A stretch of 63,403 bases of DNA, counting the filler, from Sphacelaria rigidula (lineage: Eukaryota): the NCBI GenBank assembly GCA_964200075.2. It is 11 parts of 11 records of this genome, joined end to end, with 100 filler letters (N's around TTAATTAATTAA, not from the genome) between each part and the next. Parts side by side here need not be neighbours in the genome. Positions count along the whole stretch, not along the records: positions 11,547 to 17,219 come from CAXNAA020025373.1; positions 17,320 to 22,992 come from CAXNAA020025374.1; positions 23,093 to 28,765 come from CAXNAA020025375.1; 8 more parts are not named here. One strand, 5' to 3'. The translations under genes and the position numbers were made by a program. Below, piece by piece: positions 12,427 through 24,700 of this stretch. Positions within the stretch are counted from its first letter, which is position 1. Each line of letters begins with the position of its first letter. The notes below the pieces were generated by a model. It worked only from the letters and a program-made list of their open reading frames with translations, was not told the origin of the DNA and searched no databases.

Positions 12427-15400
12427 TGACGGAAGGAGGAAACCCAAGCCAACACTTACCCCGCAAGCGAGTTTCGCAAGCGAGTTCGTGTACCGATTAC
12501 CCCGAAGGCTCGGCTAGACCACCTCGTGGCAGTCATGTTAGGAAGGCGCCTCGAGCGGTGGCTCAAGACAGTGTGGGGGATTCTCCCACTGAAACCTCCC
12601 ATTATATCAGCTTGGCGCAGTACACGCACCGCTCTGCTCTCAGGAGCTCCGGCCCTAGGCAGGTGGTGGTTGAGCGATAGTATTCCGCGGAATCAATTGG
12701 CAGGGTGGTGGTCAGAGGAGGGGTTAGCCGATAACGGTGATGTACTTGCATGGGCACCCTTGACTGGGGGAGAGTAATGAGTCGCGTTTTTTTTTTTCCC
12801 CCTCATGACCGGGAAGAAGCTCATGATCGGATGTAATGTCCGGTTCGGAGAAGAAGCATAAAGGAGAGGTGTTGTTGGTGATAATTGACAAAACATGACA
12901 ACAGCAACGAGAAGACGAAATACGTACATTTTGCGACGTTGAGTGAGGATGGGGATGTACGTAGCGTGAAAATAGACAACGGGCCGCCCCGCCTGTGAGG
13001 TTGCGGGGGGTTTCGAGGGTGGTGGATGAGGGACGGCAAAAGAGTGCGGACGTGTTTTCGTACGCGGTCGGATGTGGCGAAGACTCTACTTTGTGCTGGG
13101 GCGGGCGTGCTGCTGCAGTCTAGTGGTGGCTTTTCTGCTGCTACCGTAGGAGCAAGGCACGACCGATTATCAGTCACTGCTGTCGCTGTTTCGCCGCCTT
13201 ATGTTGTTTCTTCCTCACCGCTGCAGAACGGAAGCACCGGCGACTAGTGGAACGATGGCCGCGCCCGGTCCTCTTGTGTCCCCACAATGCACTCGCCTCT
13301 CAACCCTTACGAAGTACGTGGAGTTTGCCAGTGTCGGTCAAATCACTCGGAAGACGTTGATATTTTCGTTCGATCTCTGAACGCTCATACGCCGCTAACT
13401 GTTTTTTATCCAGAAAAAGTTGTCCCGAAACTTTTTGTATCTTGCGGATTACTCGTGTCTCAACTACTACTGTGTTGATGTTATGGTGTCACTTACCCTC
13501 TACCACCCTCCTCCTGTCGCCGGCCACTCTGACTCTCCAAACGCGTTCCCGTCGTGATCCCCCTTGTTTTGCTTTTTTTTTTTTGTGTGTTGGCCGTTTC
13601 ATTGGCTCACACAGGCAAAACCGGCAGCACGCATAACTCCGAGCGTGTTGCTTGTAGGGTGGGTGGGTGGAGCGGGGACGAAGGTGCCGAAAACGCGGTA
13701 TCTCGACCCCGCGGCCCGTGCAACACCCGCGAACGAACAGAGACAAAAAAACGCGGTTGTTCATTAGATCCGGCGAGAGCAGCCAGCAGATCTGCCCCCG
13801 CCGTCAATCACGTGGAGCGATCGGAAATAGTATCCGACTCGATATCTGCCGAAAACATTCGACCCGGTCAGCGAGCGGACTACCGGGTCGGATTTTTTTG
13901 TTTTTTTTCAAGCACCGGATACTTTTTTTTTGTGTTGTTACGTGGACCGGTATTGGCGTGTTGTGCGCCCGCTCTCAGAGTGTCTGCGGATGATGCACGG
14001 GTCGCCGCAAAAAAACAGCCGCATAGCTCGCAGCCAGCCCGTACACCGCCGCCCCCTCCTCCTGCGTCCCCCGATCTGGTCCGCGGATCCTACTTGGATC
14101 GAGGTTGGAGGGTCATGCGTGGCATCGCCACAACAAATTGACCGATTAGACTTGAGGTGGTGACGGTGGTGGGTATTAGTGTACAACAAAAAGGATAGGA
14201 CGGGCCGGGGTCCCGTATGGGCGGGTCGGGTGGCGAGCCGGCTTGCCCGTTTGCCAGCCAGCCGTGAAGACAGCCAGCCAGCCGCGAAGACACACCGCCA
14301 CTTTTTTTTTTTTTTTCCAATACGCTATGAAAAACGCCGACGTGTTAAAAAAAGCGGTGCCAAGATTTGTTTCCCGACGCGGTGGCGCGGCGCGGCGCTT
14401 ATACGGTGCTGTGGCGCGGTGCTGTCGGCGCGGCGCGGCGCGGTGGATACGCGGCATACGGATCCTTTCTATTCTTTTTGAGGTGGGAACGAACGGGACA
14501 GACCGACCCGGGCGTCATTCCCCTTTCCAGGATAAAGCATTAAGTACACGAGTAATGGAACGATCCGGGGGTCGAATCACAGTGGGGAAGAGGTTGAGAG
14601 TACCCCCCCACCTCCCTTATGAGGCCGATGGTCTTGTGACCACTGTGTATAAGATCATGAGTACCCCGCCCCCCTCCCCCCTCGCTCCCTCTTGCTAGTA
14701 TCAACATACAAGGTCGGCTCATGGGATCCAAGAATATGTTTGTATGTGTTTAGGGCTTCCATAAAGGTTGCGTACGTGGGGCCAATTTGAATGCGTGGGG
14801 ACATTCCCGATTTTTTCCCGTCTCGACCCCGCGCATCCTGACATGCAGCCTAGAAGCGTGTGCTGACGCTTGCCTTCTTTTCGCGTCGTTCCACCGTCCA
14901 GACCTGAGGCAGGTGAATCGTACCGCGTCATGATTTTCGTAGTGTCGTCTGTCTCTCTCTTCATCTCACCGACTCTGGGGTGTTTGCCTCGATTACAAGG
15001 CAGCACGGCGTGCCTATTGTGAGCCTCCCGCCCCGTCTCTCTCTGCACGTCCGTCGATTGATCTCCCTCTGTCTCCCAATTTTTGGTTCTCCTCATGGCG
15101 CACAGACCCAAGACACACATCGTATACTGTACGCTGCCGTGCCGTGCTGTGACCACCGTGTCACGGAGTACTGAGAGAAAATTTCCAATTTTACTACAGT
15201 TATCAGCTTAGTTCGGCACACAGTATGCAAACGGTTACACTGGAGTGCAATACTGTGTACATCCTAACCGTCTTGTGACCCTCGCATGACAGGCAGTCGA
15301 GTTCCTTAACGTGCAAGATATATAGGTATATGTAAAACATATATCTGCCCATGTGTGTGTGTGTGTGTGTGCGCGCGCGCGCGTGTGCTTGTTCCATTTC

Positions 15401-15718
15401 TTACGATCATCAATTTTGAAAAGTGACCGAATTTCTCATGACATGTTCAACCAGTAGAAATGCAGCCAAGGATTCAAGAATATACATGTATCCAAGGGAT
15501 ACCATGAAACGGAAAACAAAGGTTGTTGAAAAAGGAAACTCGAGTAGTGGAGAGAAAGGACACGATCAAAATCGGTCAAATCAACAGCTAGGATAAAAAC
15601 AACAAGAACAAGAACAACAACAGCAACAATATCAACATCAACACTTTTTATATTTTGGGCAGCCTGCGGTGCCCTGTTACTATCTCCACCGAGGCGACCC
15701 GATTTTGTGGAAAAGTAT

Positions 15719-15866
15719 CACACCTTCGGACAATATAGTATGGCGAATAGTTGCAACATACAAAAATGTACTGCATAAAGTATAGGTATGAATCACCTAT
15801 ACTTTATGCAGTACAGTTTTTATCTATTGCATCTTTTGACCGTATAGTGTCATCATCCAGGATGTG
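15719..15866. mobile_element. Foldback MITE (hAT-like), copy A, inside the DBP2 intron
   Basis: Perfect inner stem gtactgcataaagtatagg / cctatactttatgcagtac. Ends cacacc...gatgtg. Flanks aaaagtat / aaaaccat resemble a decayed 8-bp TSD. Same family as 60406-60575. Confidence 0.75.
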
Positions 15867-16820
15867 AAAACCATCGAGTGTCCCCACGTCGTGTGACGGG
15901 TGGCTTGTCGTGTGATACACTACAACCGTGTTCTATGGTCATCTTTCCCTTTCCTATTGTGCGTGTGACTGGGTTGTCCCCAGGTGGTTCTGCTTTTGTT
16001 TTTGCTCTTGTATGATCATCTCAGCTTCCATCGCTTCACCTACTTTGTCGTATCCTTCACCTGTCGGGTATCACGTTACTTTACAAATCCTTGTATTGTA
16101 TCTCTGTTATATGTATACTCTTTGCCTTACTAGTAAATATATACTATTAGTCTTCTCCCCTGTTCCCTCCCATCACCAAGGTCAACGCAAAATTGCGAGG
16201 TTGTGTTATACAATATAGGGTATACCCGACAGTGTGTGGGGGTATATTTGGTTGGCATACTCAAGCATACCGCACTGCGCAGCGAACATTTCAGTATGGT
16301 TTGACAAGGTTTCGAGCCCTGTCACGAACATTTTGGTATGGATCGGAAGGGTATTTATTGATAAAATAGCTCTCACACTTCTGTAAGTATCCGAATTGCA
16401 GCTAGTATACCCTACAGAACACATTTTGGAAGTTACACGCGCGCACACATACACATGGACACACACACCGCAGGAGAGATGAGCTAGTCTCTCGACACTT
16501 CAGACTCGCCCCAAGGGGGGGAGGGTTGAAAGTGAAAACACTGAGAATGCAAAGTGTTTTTTTCTCACAATAACCAAAAATAAGTATTGGTGACCGACCG
16601 AAGGAAATATTTAGATACTGGTGAAACTGTTCTACTATATATGTACTATCAATTGTTAGATATTGACATATATTTGAGATCGTCGCCAACTTTGGCTGGT
16701 GCAAGAGCAAGTCCTGCGGTGGACGCTAACGCGAACTGTTCGTCGTATCGATGGATATTTTTTTTCTCTTTCTTTTTCTACGCGCGTAACATATCGTTTT
16801 TGCAAATTGGGGATATGTAG

Positions 16821-16973
16821 CCGTACCTGGAGCGAGGGGATGGTCCCATCGTGCTCGTGGTGGCGCCGACCCGCGAGCTGGCCGTGCAAATCAAGGAAGA
16901 GTGCGATAAGTTCGGCGGGTCGTCTGATATCAAGAATACTTGTGTCTACGGTGGGGTGCCCAAGAGCTCACAG
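16821..16973 (+). CDS. DBP2: DEAD-box RNA helicase DBP2/DDX5-like, next exon (motif Ia, GG doublet)
   Basis: tag|[51 protein letters not shown]. Continues directly from ...HINAQ across a 4424-nt intron. 3' boundary probably a GC donor (cag|gcgggt). Confidence 0.92.
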
Positions 16974-17117
16974 GCGGGTGTCAAGTTATATGCAGAGCCC
17001 ATTCGACGATATAGTAGTGGTATCATGGCGTAGTACTGTATACTCAAATGTGGGGTGCGTGCGACGAAAAATAAATTTGATACTGTACAGCGGTATGGAT
17101 GAGCATGCTTTTCGTTT

Positions 17118-17118
<1 letters not shown>

Positions 17119-17192
<74 letters not shown>

Positions 17193-17193
17193 G
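17119..17193. repeat. (TTG)n microsatellite
   Basis: Direct reading. Explains the spurious poly-L and poly-T ORFs. Confidence 0.97.
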
Positions 17194-17704
17194 CTGTTGC
17201 TGCTATTAAAATCACCATANNNNNNNNNNNNNNNNNNNNNNNNNNNNNNNNNNNNNNNNNNNNTTAATTAATTAANNNNNNNNNNNNNNNNNNNNNNNNN
17301 NNNNNNNNNNNNNNNNNNNTTAATCCTCCGGGTTCTCATCCTCAATGAAAAGCATCATCCTCAATATAGATGATCGGCTGTTATTATCTGATAACCTTGA
17401 GCTATCGAAAAACGTTATTGAAAAATGCTTTGAACTCGTTTGAAAACGTTTGAACGCACATTACAGCCCGCTACAGCACCTGTAGTGGCTTGGCTGACAT
17501 CACTACTAATGTTGTCGCCGGTGCTCGAGGGCATTCAGCGTGTTGCATCATTGTCCTTCGCTCGCCAGTAGCGTGGTGGCACTTTACCCCATGAGAACAG
17601 CACAGGACAGGGTCGTCGATGACAACTGCTGTACAGACAGGATAGTCTATGCCGTATGCTGTCGGTACATAATATTGTAGCTCACTTCATGTCTGTGCAC
17701 GCGT

Positions 17705-18018
17705 GTTGCGAAGAGCCGTCGCAATGCTTTACAGACTGCCCACGCACCCAAGCCTTGTAGAGACAGGACCGGACTGACAGTACACACAAGACAATGAGAT
17801 AGGTAGTGCTACTTCTGCAGTACATCCAACGCATACAACACAGCAGTGGTGTCTGTACTCTTGTCTGCGGTGTCCGTACAACCGAGTACTACAGTGCAGC
17901 GAACTTGCAGCTCAGTTGAGGTCTGTGCATGCAGCTTGTTGCGAACAGACGTCGCTTAGCAGTAAAGACTGCCTACGCACCCAAGCCTTGTAGATACAGG
18001 ACCATACTGACAGTACAC
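17705..18018. repeat. Diverged direct duplication, ~232-bp period
   Basis: tgttgcgaa...agactgcc.acgcacccaagccttgtaga.acaggacc..actgacagtacac at ~17705 and ~17937. Confidence 0.8.
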
Positions 18019-19949
18019 GCAGGGCTATGAACAGTGCAACTGTAATGTAGTACTACAGCCGATGCATGCAATACAGCTCTGTTGTGTCTACTGTTTTCTG
18101 CGCTGTCATTTCAGTCAAGTACAACAGTACCGTGCAGTGAAAAAGCACAACCGTCACTTCTACAGTCAGGTGGTACAGCAAGGCCGTACTCGTATTCTTT
18201 TTTATGGTCTTGCGTCACGCAGCCCACCATGTATTGCTCAGGCAACGTATCACAGAAGTACAGCCAGTCAGTACGGACCGTACACCACGACAGGACAGCA
18301 GAGTGCTGCGTCTCTCTCGCGCGCCCCAGACGTTGAAATTATGCCTGCACACCTCATAGAAAACGATGAACACTGCGTTTTCAATGTTGATGGTGCGTCG
18401 ATCACGTAAGAAGGGCTAGTTTGAAATATTATGTTGGAAAACATGTTGTAGAAAAACAGCTTTTCTGACAATGTGTTCTTCGATACATCAGAAGTAGCCC
18501 TACCCTTCCTCTGTGCGAAAAACGTATTTGCAGGGCCTGTCTTAGCACTTTTTTTTTCGATCGAAAAAATGAGGCGGTGGAATTAATTCGAGCGAAAATT
18601 TCTCGTAGTTATGCAGTTGGATCCGGATGGATTTTCAAGCTTTCGATCGAAGAAAGACAGTGAAAATCGTGAAACGGTACATGGTCACTCGTGTACAGTA
18701 CAGATAGTCTGTACTGTCAGCACTGCTTGCAAGCAGGGTGTCTTGAGTGAGTGTGTGCGTGTTTCGTGCAGAAGGATATAACGGAGAAGCGGGCAACGTG
18801 CAGTGCAGACTGCCCAGGACCATCAATTTTCTCTGCTTACAATGCGACGTGAAAATGACTTAATTCAGCAACCTTCAGCTTTGTACTGCCTACTGCACTA
18901 TCCATGAGCGTGCACGCAACTTGGTCTGCAGTTCACAGCGATATTCTCAAGTCGAGCTGATTTGGTACACTTGAGGAGTTATGGTTGGAGATGCACATGC
19001 GGCACTCTTTGCTGGCCCAGCCTGCACAGTCGACGAAGGAAAGGGAATGCTGATCTTGGAAAAATCTAGACGATGTAGCCTATATTCACTATGTTTGAAT
19101 AGAGTCGTTGCAACAAAAGATAGCGGTATAACCTGTTGCGTTTCAAGGAAAAAGCGAACCACGTAAGACCGTTTCATAAGTATCCTTTTCACAGAGAGTA
19201 CCTCTTTTGTATTGATTTATAGTCTACCTGTGTGAATGACGTTTCAGGTAGGATACTGCTACAGTAGGCGTGTTGCCATGATTTCTCAATGAAAGATACT
19301 CTAGCAGAGTATTTAGGCCACGTAAGCTACAGGATATGTTGTGTGCAACTTTGCAGTTAATCTAAGCTAGGAAGGCTACCGCGTCAGCAATAGCGAGGTT
19401 GAATCGAATGATACGATTCGGCCTTACGTACGTGTAGAGTGTTGGATTCTTCTTCCAGGATTGAACATGGTTGTAAACGGTGGTCTATCGCCCTTGCAAT
19501 CACTCTCCCAAGCTTACCAAGCTTTCCCAGCTCTTATTCATTTCCTCAGCACTCTGCTTGCAAAACGAGGCTGCCTTGATTTTGTCCGGCCGAAGTGAAG
19601 AGCCCCAAACACCATTTTTGTCTTCGCACTTTCTGTCTGCTGCAGAAGCAAGTGGTTTGACTACCACTGTGCAACCTCTGCTAAACTACAGTCTCCGGGA
19701 CAGTAGTCGGTCTGTTTCGAGAACAGTATCGAACGCCACGAGCCACCAATATTTCCAACAGGTTTTGAGCCTTCGATCCGCGACCACGTAGTCCTTCAGG
19801 TCATCGGCCTTTGAGTCAAGACTACGACGGTCAGCACGAGCGAGGGGACGCCACTTTCAGGTCGTCTCAGCAGCATCAATCAGAAGACCAAGAATTCAGA
19901 TCCTTTCACAGGATCTGCAGGTGTGAATAGACAGTTTTACAAATAAAAC

Positions 19950-21070
19950 TTGAGGCAGATGAATACATCGGGAGAGCCATCTGTAACTCAACTCATCAGG
20001 AGTATAAACAAGTTCGACGGTACGAAATTCGTCGAGTGGACGCGCTCTACACGCGCGATAATTTCCTTGACTCATCCAGGGATATCTGATATCCTCAACG
20101 GGGTTGAACGCCCCCCGGAAATTTATGATGAAGATTTTTCTGAGGTAGATCACCCACAACCAGCTGCCAGATCGACATCAAGAACAAGCCCCATTGCGAC
20201 CCGTTCCAGAAGCCATCAGCAGCCGCCCGCTCGTTCGCCGTTACCATCGGTGGAAGCAACCGCGGGGAGCGAGACGACAGCAGCGGCGGGTGACACTGAA
20301 GCTGCCGGTGACCAAGCCCAACCTCCTGTTCAAGAAGTGTCTGATCATCCCAGCGTGGAGTCAAATGTGAGACAAATTTTGAACACGCGTGAGATACAAA
20401 ACTGGGACCGATATAACGAACAGTTGTTCAACGTTTTGTACTTATCGACAACTGGCTCAGCGGCAAGTTACCTCTTGCGTTTTCAGCCGAAGGGTTCAGA
20501 GAAACCAAACGGCAAAAATGCGTGGGAAGGACTGGTAGCCAAGTATCAAAATTCATCTAAGCAAAGACGTCGCATACTGATGCGACAGCTGGACACCATG
20601 ACTATGTCACCAGGACAAGACCCGGATGTTTTTTGGCAAAACTATTCCAGCTCCGAGACGAGCTCGTGCACATTGGCGAGCCTATCTCCGACGAAAAGAC
20701 TCACTGATATCATAGTCGAGGATCTAACCAGCGAGTATGACCAAGTGAAATATAACGCAGAACGAGACCCAGACTTGAGCATCGGGGATATTGAAACTAC
20801 CCCACGTAACATGTACGCCAATAGGCTGGCGAGGGAAGTAACCGCGAGCAGATCACATAGCCGTGATTCTTCCATGCTGGCGGCAGCAATGCCGAACTCC
20901 TCGAATCAACCCGCGAAATTTCGCGGAAAATGCTTCTCGTGCGGAAGAAGAGGTCACCACGCGTGACTGCCGTTCTAGTGGGTAGTCAAACCACCAGGAC
21001 AGGTCTGTCAAATGGTGCAGTTTTCACCATACAGACAAACACGACGACACGGACTGTAGAAGCCAACGCA
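19950..21070 (+). pseudogene. Copia gag with two zinc knuckles
   Basis: KFDGTKFVEW, NGKNAWEGLVAKY, MSPGQDPD. Compensating frameshifts at ~20630 and ~20697 (the alternative frame reads LAKLFQLRDELVHIGEPISDE). CFSCGRRGHHA[fs]RDC knuckle and a second WCSFHHTDKHDDTDC motif. Confidence 0.88.
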
Positions 21071-21077
21071 ACCACAA

Positions 21078-21161
<84 letters not shown>

Positions 21162-21270
21162 CTTCAATGGACATCAACGCCAAGCCAACACTGCCATCGC
21201 TGATCCAGCTTCCGCGACAGTACCATCGAATGACCAAGGCCAAGATATTTCGACACCTTCGGCCGAAACT

Positions 21271-21760
21271 GTGCTTGACTCATGTCAACCGTCAAATGGT
21301 ATCGGGTTTTTCTTTCTTTCAGGTTCGCATGTCACTGTCAATCATTGTACACCCGACGAAATTTTCTTCAAGATGGCAGTTGACAGTGGCTCCAGCGGGC
21401 ATTTTTTGGATAATCAGCTATTGCCGAATATCGAACGTGAGATGGTTGATTACGTGAAGCTCGATCCACCCATGAGCATTCTTACTGCCGGACGTCATCT
21501 CCTACAGGGTACGGGAAGAGGTGTTATTAACACCATCTTTACTGATTCTGAAGGAATCAAGCGCTCTGTTCAACTTCCTGCCGTGATTGTTCCAGGTCTG
21601 GGGAGACATCTGTTCTCTCCCGTAGAGGCAGTAAGAAAAGGAGCGTCAACCGTCTTTTCGGGTGATTCCTACGTAGATCTCGGAGATTTCAAAATTTTCA
21701 TTAGCAACTGCGGTGGAGCATTACACTACATTGGCATGCAGGTTGCTCAAAATTCGAAAA
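21271..21760 (+). pseudogene. Copia aspartic protease
   Basis: MAVDSGSSGHF active-site motif, ILTAG...GTGRG and IVPGLGRHLFS. Confidence 0.88.
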
Positions 21761-24700
21761 CCTTGAACAAAAGGATCCAGTCAGCACTCACGACTAGGGT
21801 GTTATCCGGAGAATGTTTGCGGATGGGGACAGCATTATCAGCCGCAGTGTTTCCGCTGAACAAGGCAGGAACCGTCAAGATCGTAGAACCGCCTCCGACA
21901 GCAGCCGCCCGAAAAGTCAAATGTGTGTGCCGTTCAGCCGGGAAAATGAGCAAGAGTGGAAGCTACAGTAGATCTAGATCTTCATCGACCAAGCCTAAAA
22001 CTGCATGCATCAGTACGGATAATAAACGAAATTTGAAATCCCATGAAAAGAACAGGCTGGTCAACTCTACAGCGGCAGAAAACAGCAGGCGCAGAAATTA
22101 CAACAGGGGTACAGGAACGAAGGTTTTTCCATCCTCTACAACGAAGAGACTAACAACTTCACGGCAGAAGGCCCGTGATCAGCATCAGGAGCAGTCGCAG
22201 CCCCATAGCCGCCATCACCAGCATGAGCAGCAGCCGAACCACCAACAGCAGCAGCAGCCCAAAATATCGCATCCGGGCAGCTCCGACATCGAAGTTACAA
22301 AGACACGAGAGGAGAAAGGGTACATCAGAGAAGTGCTTGACATCAAGAAAAGAGGCCCTTCAGTACTGCGGCAGGGGCCAGCTCCCTCATCTGTCTACGT
22401 GAAAAGCGGGGCGATTGAACACCCCAGGAAAATCCAGCGCAGGAGACGCGGTACAGGATATCATCACCACCGAGGGCAGTCAGCACAACGAACGAAAATC
22501 ATCACCTGCTTTATACCAAGAAGCGGCCACCCCAAGCGACTCCACCAGCAAGCCCGAGGGAAGCATCCACTATCAAGAAGCCAGCATCCAGGAGCACATC
22601 TTGAGCGCATCCGAGCATCACCAGCAACATCGCTCTCCTCGAAGCACATGCACCATTATGTCACTTGAACTTTTTAACTCTCCGCGTTTCACTTGAAACG
22701 ACAACACTTGTTTGTCAGTGCTATCAGGTGTCCTTCACTGTTCAGAATCTTTTCCACCATCACTACAGCAGCAACCACGATCGGGTGAGAGAACGGAATG
22801 AGGCGAGCAGCTATACTACACCGCCGCGAACGAACCGAACAAGATCAACGAACGCCACTACAACTACAGCGCTATTATCAAGAACGGACCCAGCGACATC
22901 AACGATCGCCACTACTCACCGTTTACTACTGAATGCTTGACGTAGCGCAGGAAACCATGGTAATGTGGTACGTATATCCTTTATTTGACTGTNNNNNNNN
23001 NNNNNNNNNNNNNNNNNNNNNNNNNNNNNNNNNNNNTTAATTAATTAANNNNNNNNNNNNNNNNNNNNNNNNNNNNNNNNNNNNNNNNNNNNCGTAGCCG
23101 CATGCCTCTCTAAGCGCGTTGGGGGTCCAAAACTTCACACTGCGCAATTACGTTGTTCGTGCTAATCGCTGTTGTGTACAGTCAGTACTACTGCTATACA
23201 CTGTTGTCTGTTGGATGTGCTCCAGTCAGCTGATTATCGGCTCACCTCCCACAGATGGGGATAACCCACAGTGAACATACATTATTTTCGCGCGAAGCGC
23301 AAATATAGCGCTGCGTATTCAAACCGCCACTCGGCCAAAATCTAGTCCATCCGAAATCAGGGGAAGACCTATCGCATGGGATGTGTCCTGTATCACTGTG
23401 CTGCAGCACAGACACACTCATGCGCCGTCTCTTGTGCTGTAGCTGTCGCTGCGTTGGGGTGTCTCGAGGTCGTTTTGGAGACGGTTAGGTCTCCGTTGGG
23501 ACTGGCAGCGAGAGCTGCTTCACTACTGTCGTGGCGTTCGTCTCTTCGAAAAATAATGCTGTCAACACGCAGTGCTCTCTACAATGGACACTGTGTTGAC
23601 ACCTTTATGGTGAGTTGGCTATTTCGTCTCGAGTCAAACGAACAAAGTGCTTCCCAAACCCACAATTTTTATGCTGTAGTTGTCGCTGTGCTGTCGCGCA
23701 TCTAAACAGTTTACGATGATCACGGTGCGATGTGCGCTGGAGAGTTTCTGGACAGTTGTAGTGCTGCATGCGGTGTTTCGGTCTGGACGGGGTTGGGGTG
23801 GGACCAAAGTACTTACCGCCCCTTGGAGGAATCATACTTGGCTTGGGACTTAACACGGCTACTACACTTTACGCTACGACCTACTGTCTGTTATTCACCT
23901 ACGTGGAGTTTACCTGGATGCTCCGTAAACATAGAGAAAATAGTACAGGAGAGACCCTCACGAGTTTACTCCCACCCGGACCCAAGCGCGGACAAAGTCA
24001 GTGTCAGATGTATATCTTCGCTGGACTCAGCAGCAAGAAACAGTGAGCGTGCATCGTTCTGCACTGAACACAGTCTACTGCACGCTACTGGTGTCTCTGC
24101 TTAGTCTTGCACAACAACACTGCAGTGTGAAGCTATGTTGGCGACACAAGAGGGGGTCAGGCAGGCGGCAAAGACAGGCCACAAGTAAAAAGTACGTCGT
24201 TTGTGCCCATGTGATTCATGACTTGTTATCAAAATGATTCTCCTGGTCTGCAACAACTTCTGTGCCAAGCGGATACACGTCACGCCAATCGCTCTCTCTG
24301 TCGAGTTGTGCTCAAAATACTGTTTCTTTGGGCATATGCTGCTGTGCTGACCTCAAAAGAACACCACTGCCACACCATCCCCCGTTGATTCGCCATGTTC
24401 CGGGCGTGTACTCTGGTATTCGCGAGAGCTTCGAGGTGGCTCGTGTGGTGTGCGTTGTCGGGAGGACGGTTACACGCTACACGTCACGCCTGTTGGTCAA
24501 TTATTACTACTATTTCCGCACATTAGTCGGCCAATAGTATCTCCTATTGAAAGTTTAACCCGAGCAAAACGCAACAATCGGACGTTGGGCTGACTTTGGA
24601 CTTCGGGGGAATTACAAAGTCCAAGTCTTGACCCGAATTGGGTCTCCGCAAACACCGTATTGACTCGTGCTGGCTGTACTTCGATACTCCGTCGGTCCTC

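Larger units (their letters stand above)
19440..22992 (+). mobile_element. Ty1/copia LTR retrotransposon, 5' part (LTR end, PBS, gag, protease), degenerate
   Basis: LTR end ...TTTCCAACA at 19760 directly followed by copia-type PBS-like GGTTTTGAGCC. Candidate LTR starts are TGTTGGA at 19440 or TGTTGGAAA at 18432. Gag and protease follow. Truncated by the segment end. Confidence 0.88.

Noticed and set aside
16699..17271. Poly-Leu membrane protein ORF (also poly-T/V at 20930-21457 and poly-M/I at 59873-60100)
   Set aside because: Translation of trinucleotide microsatellites.
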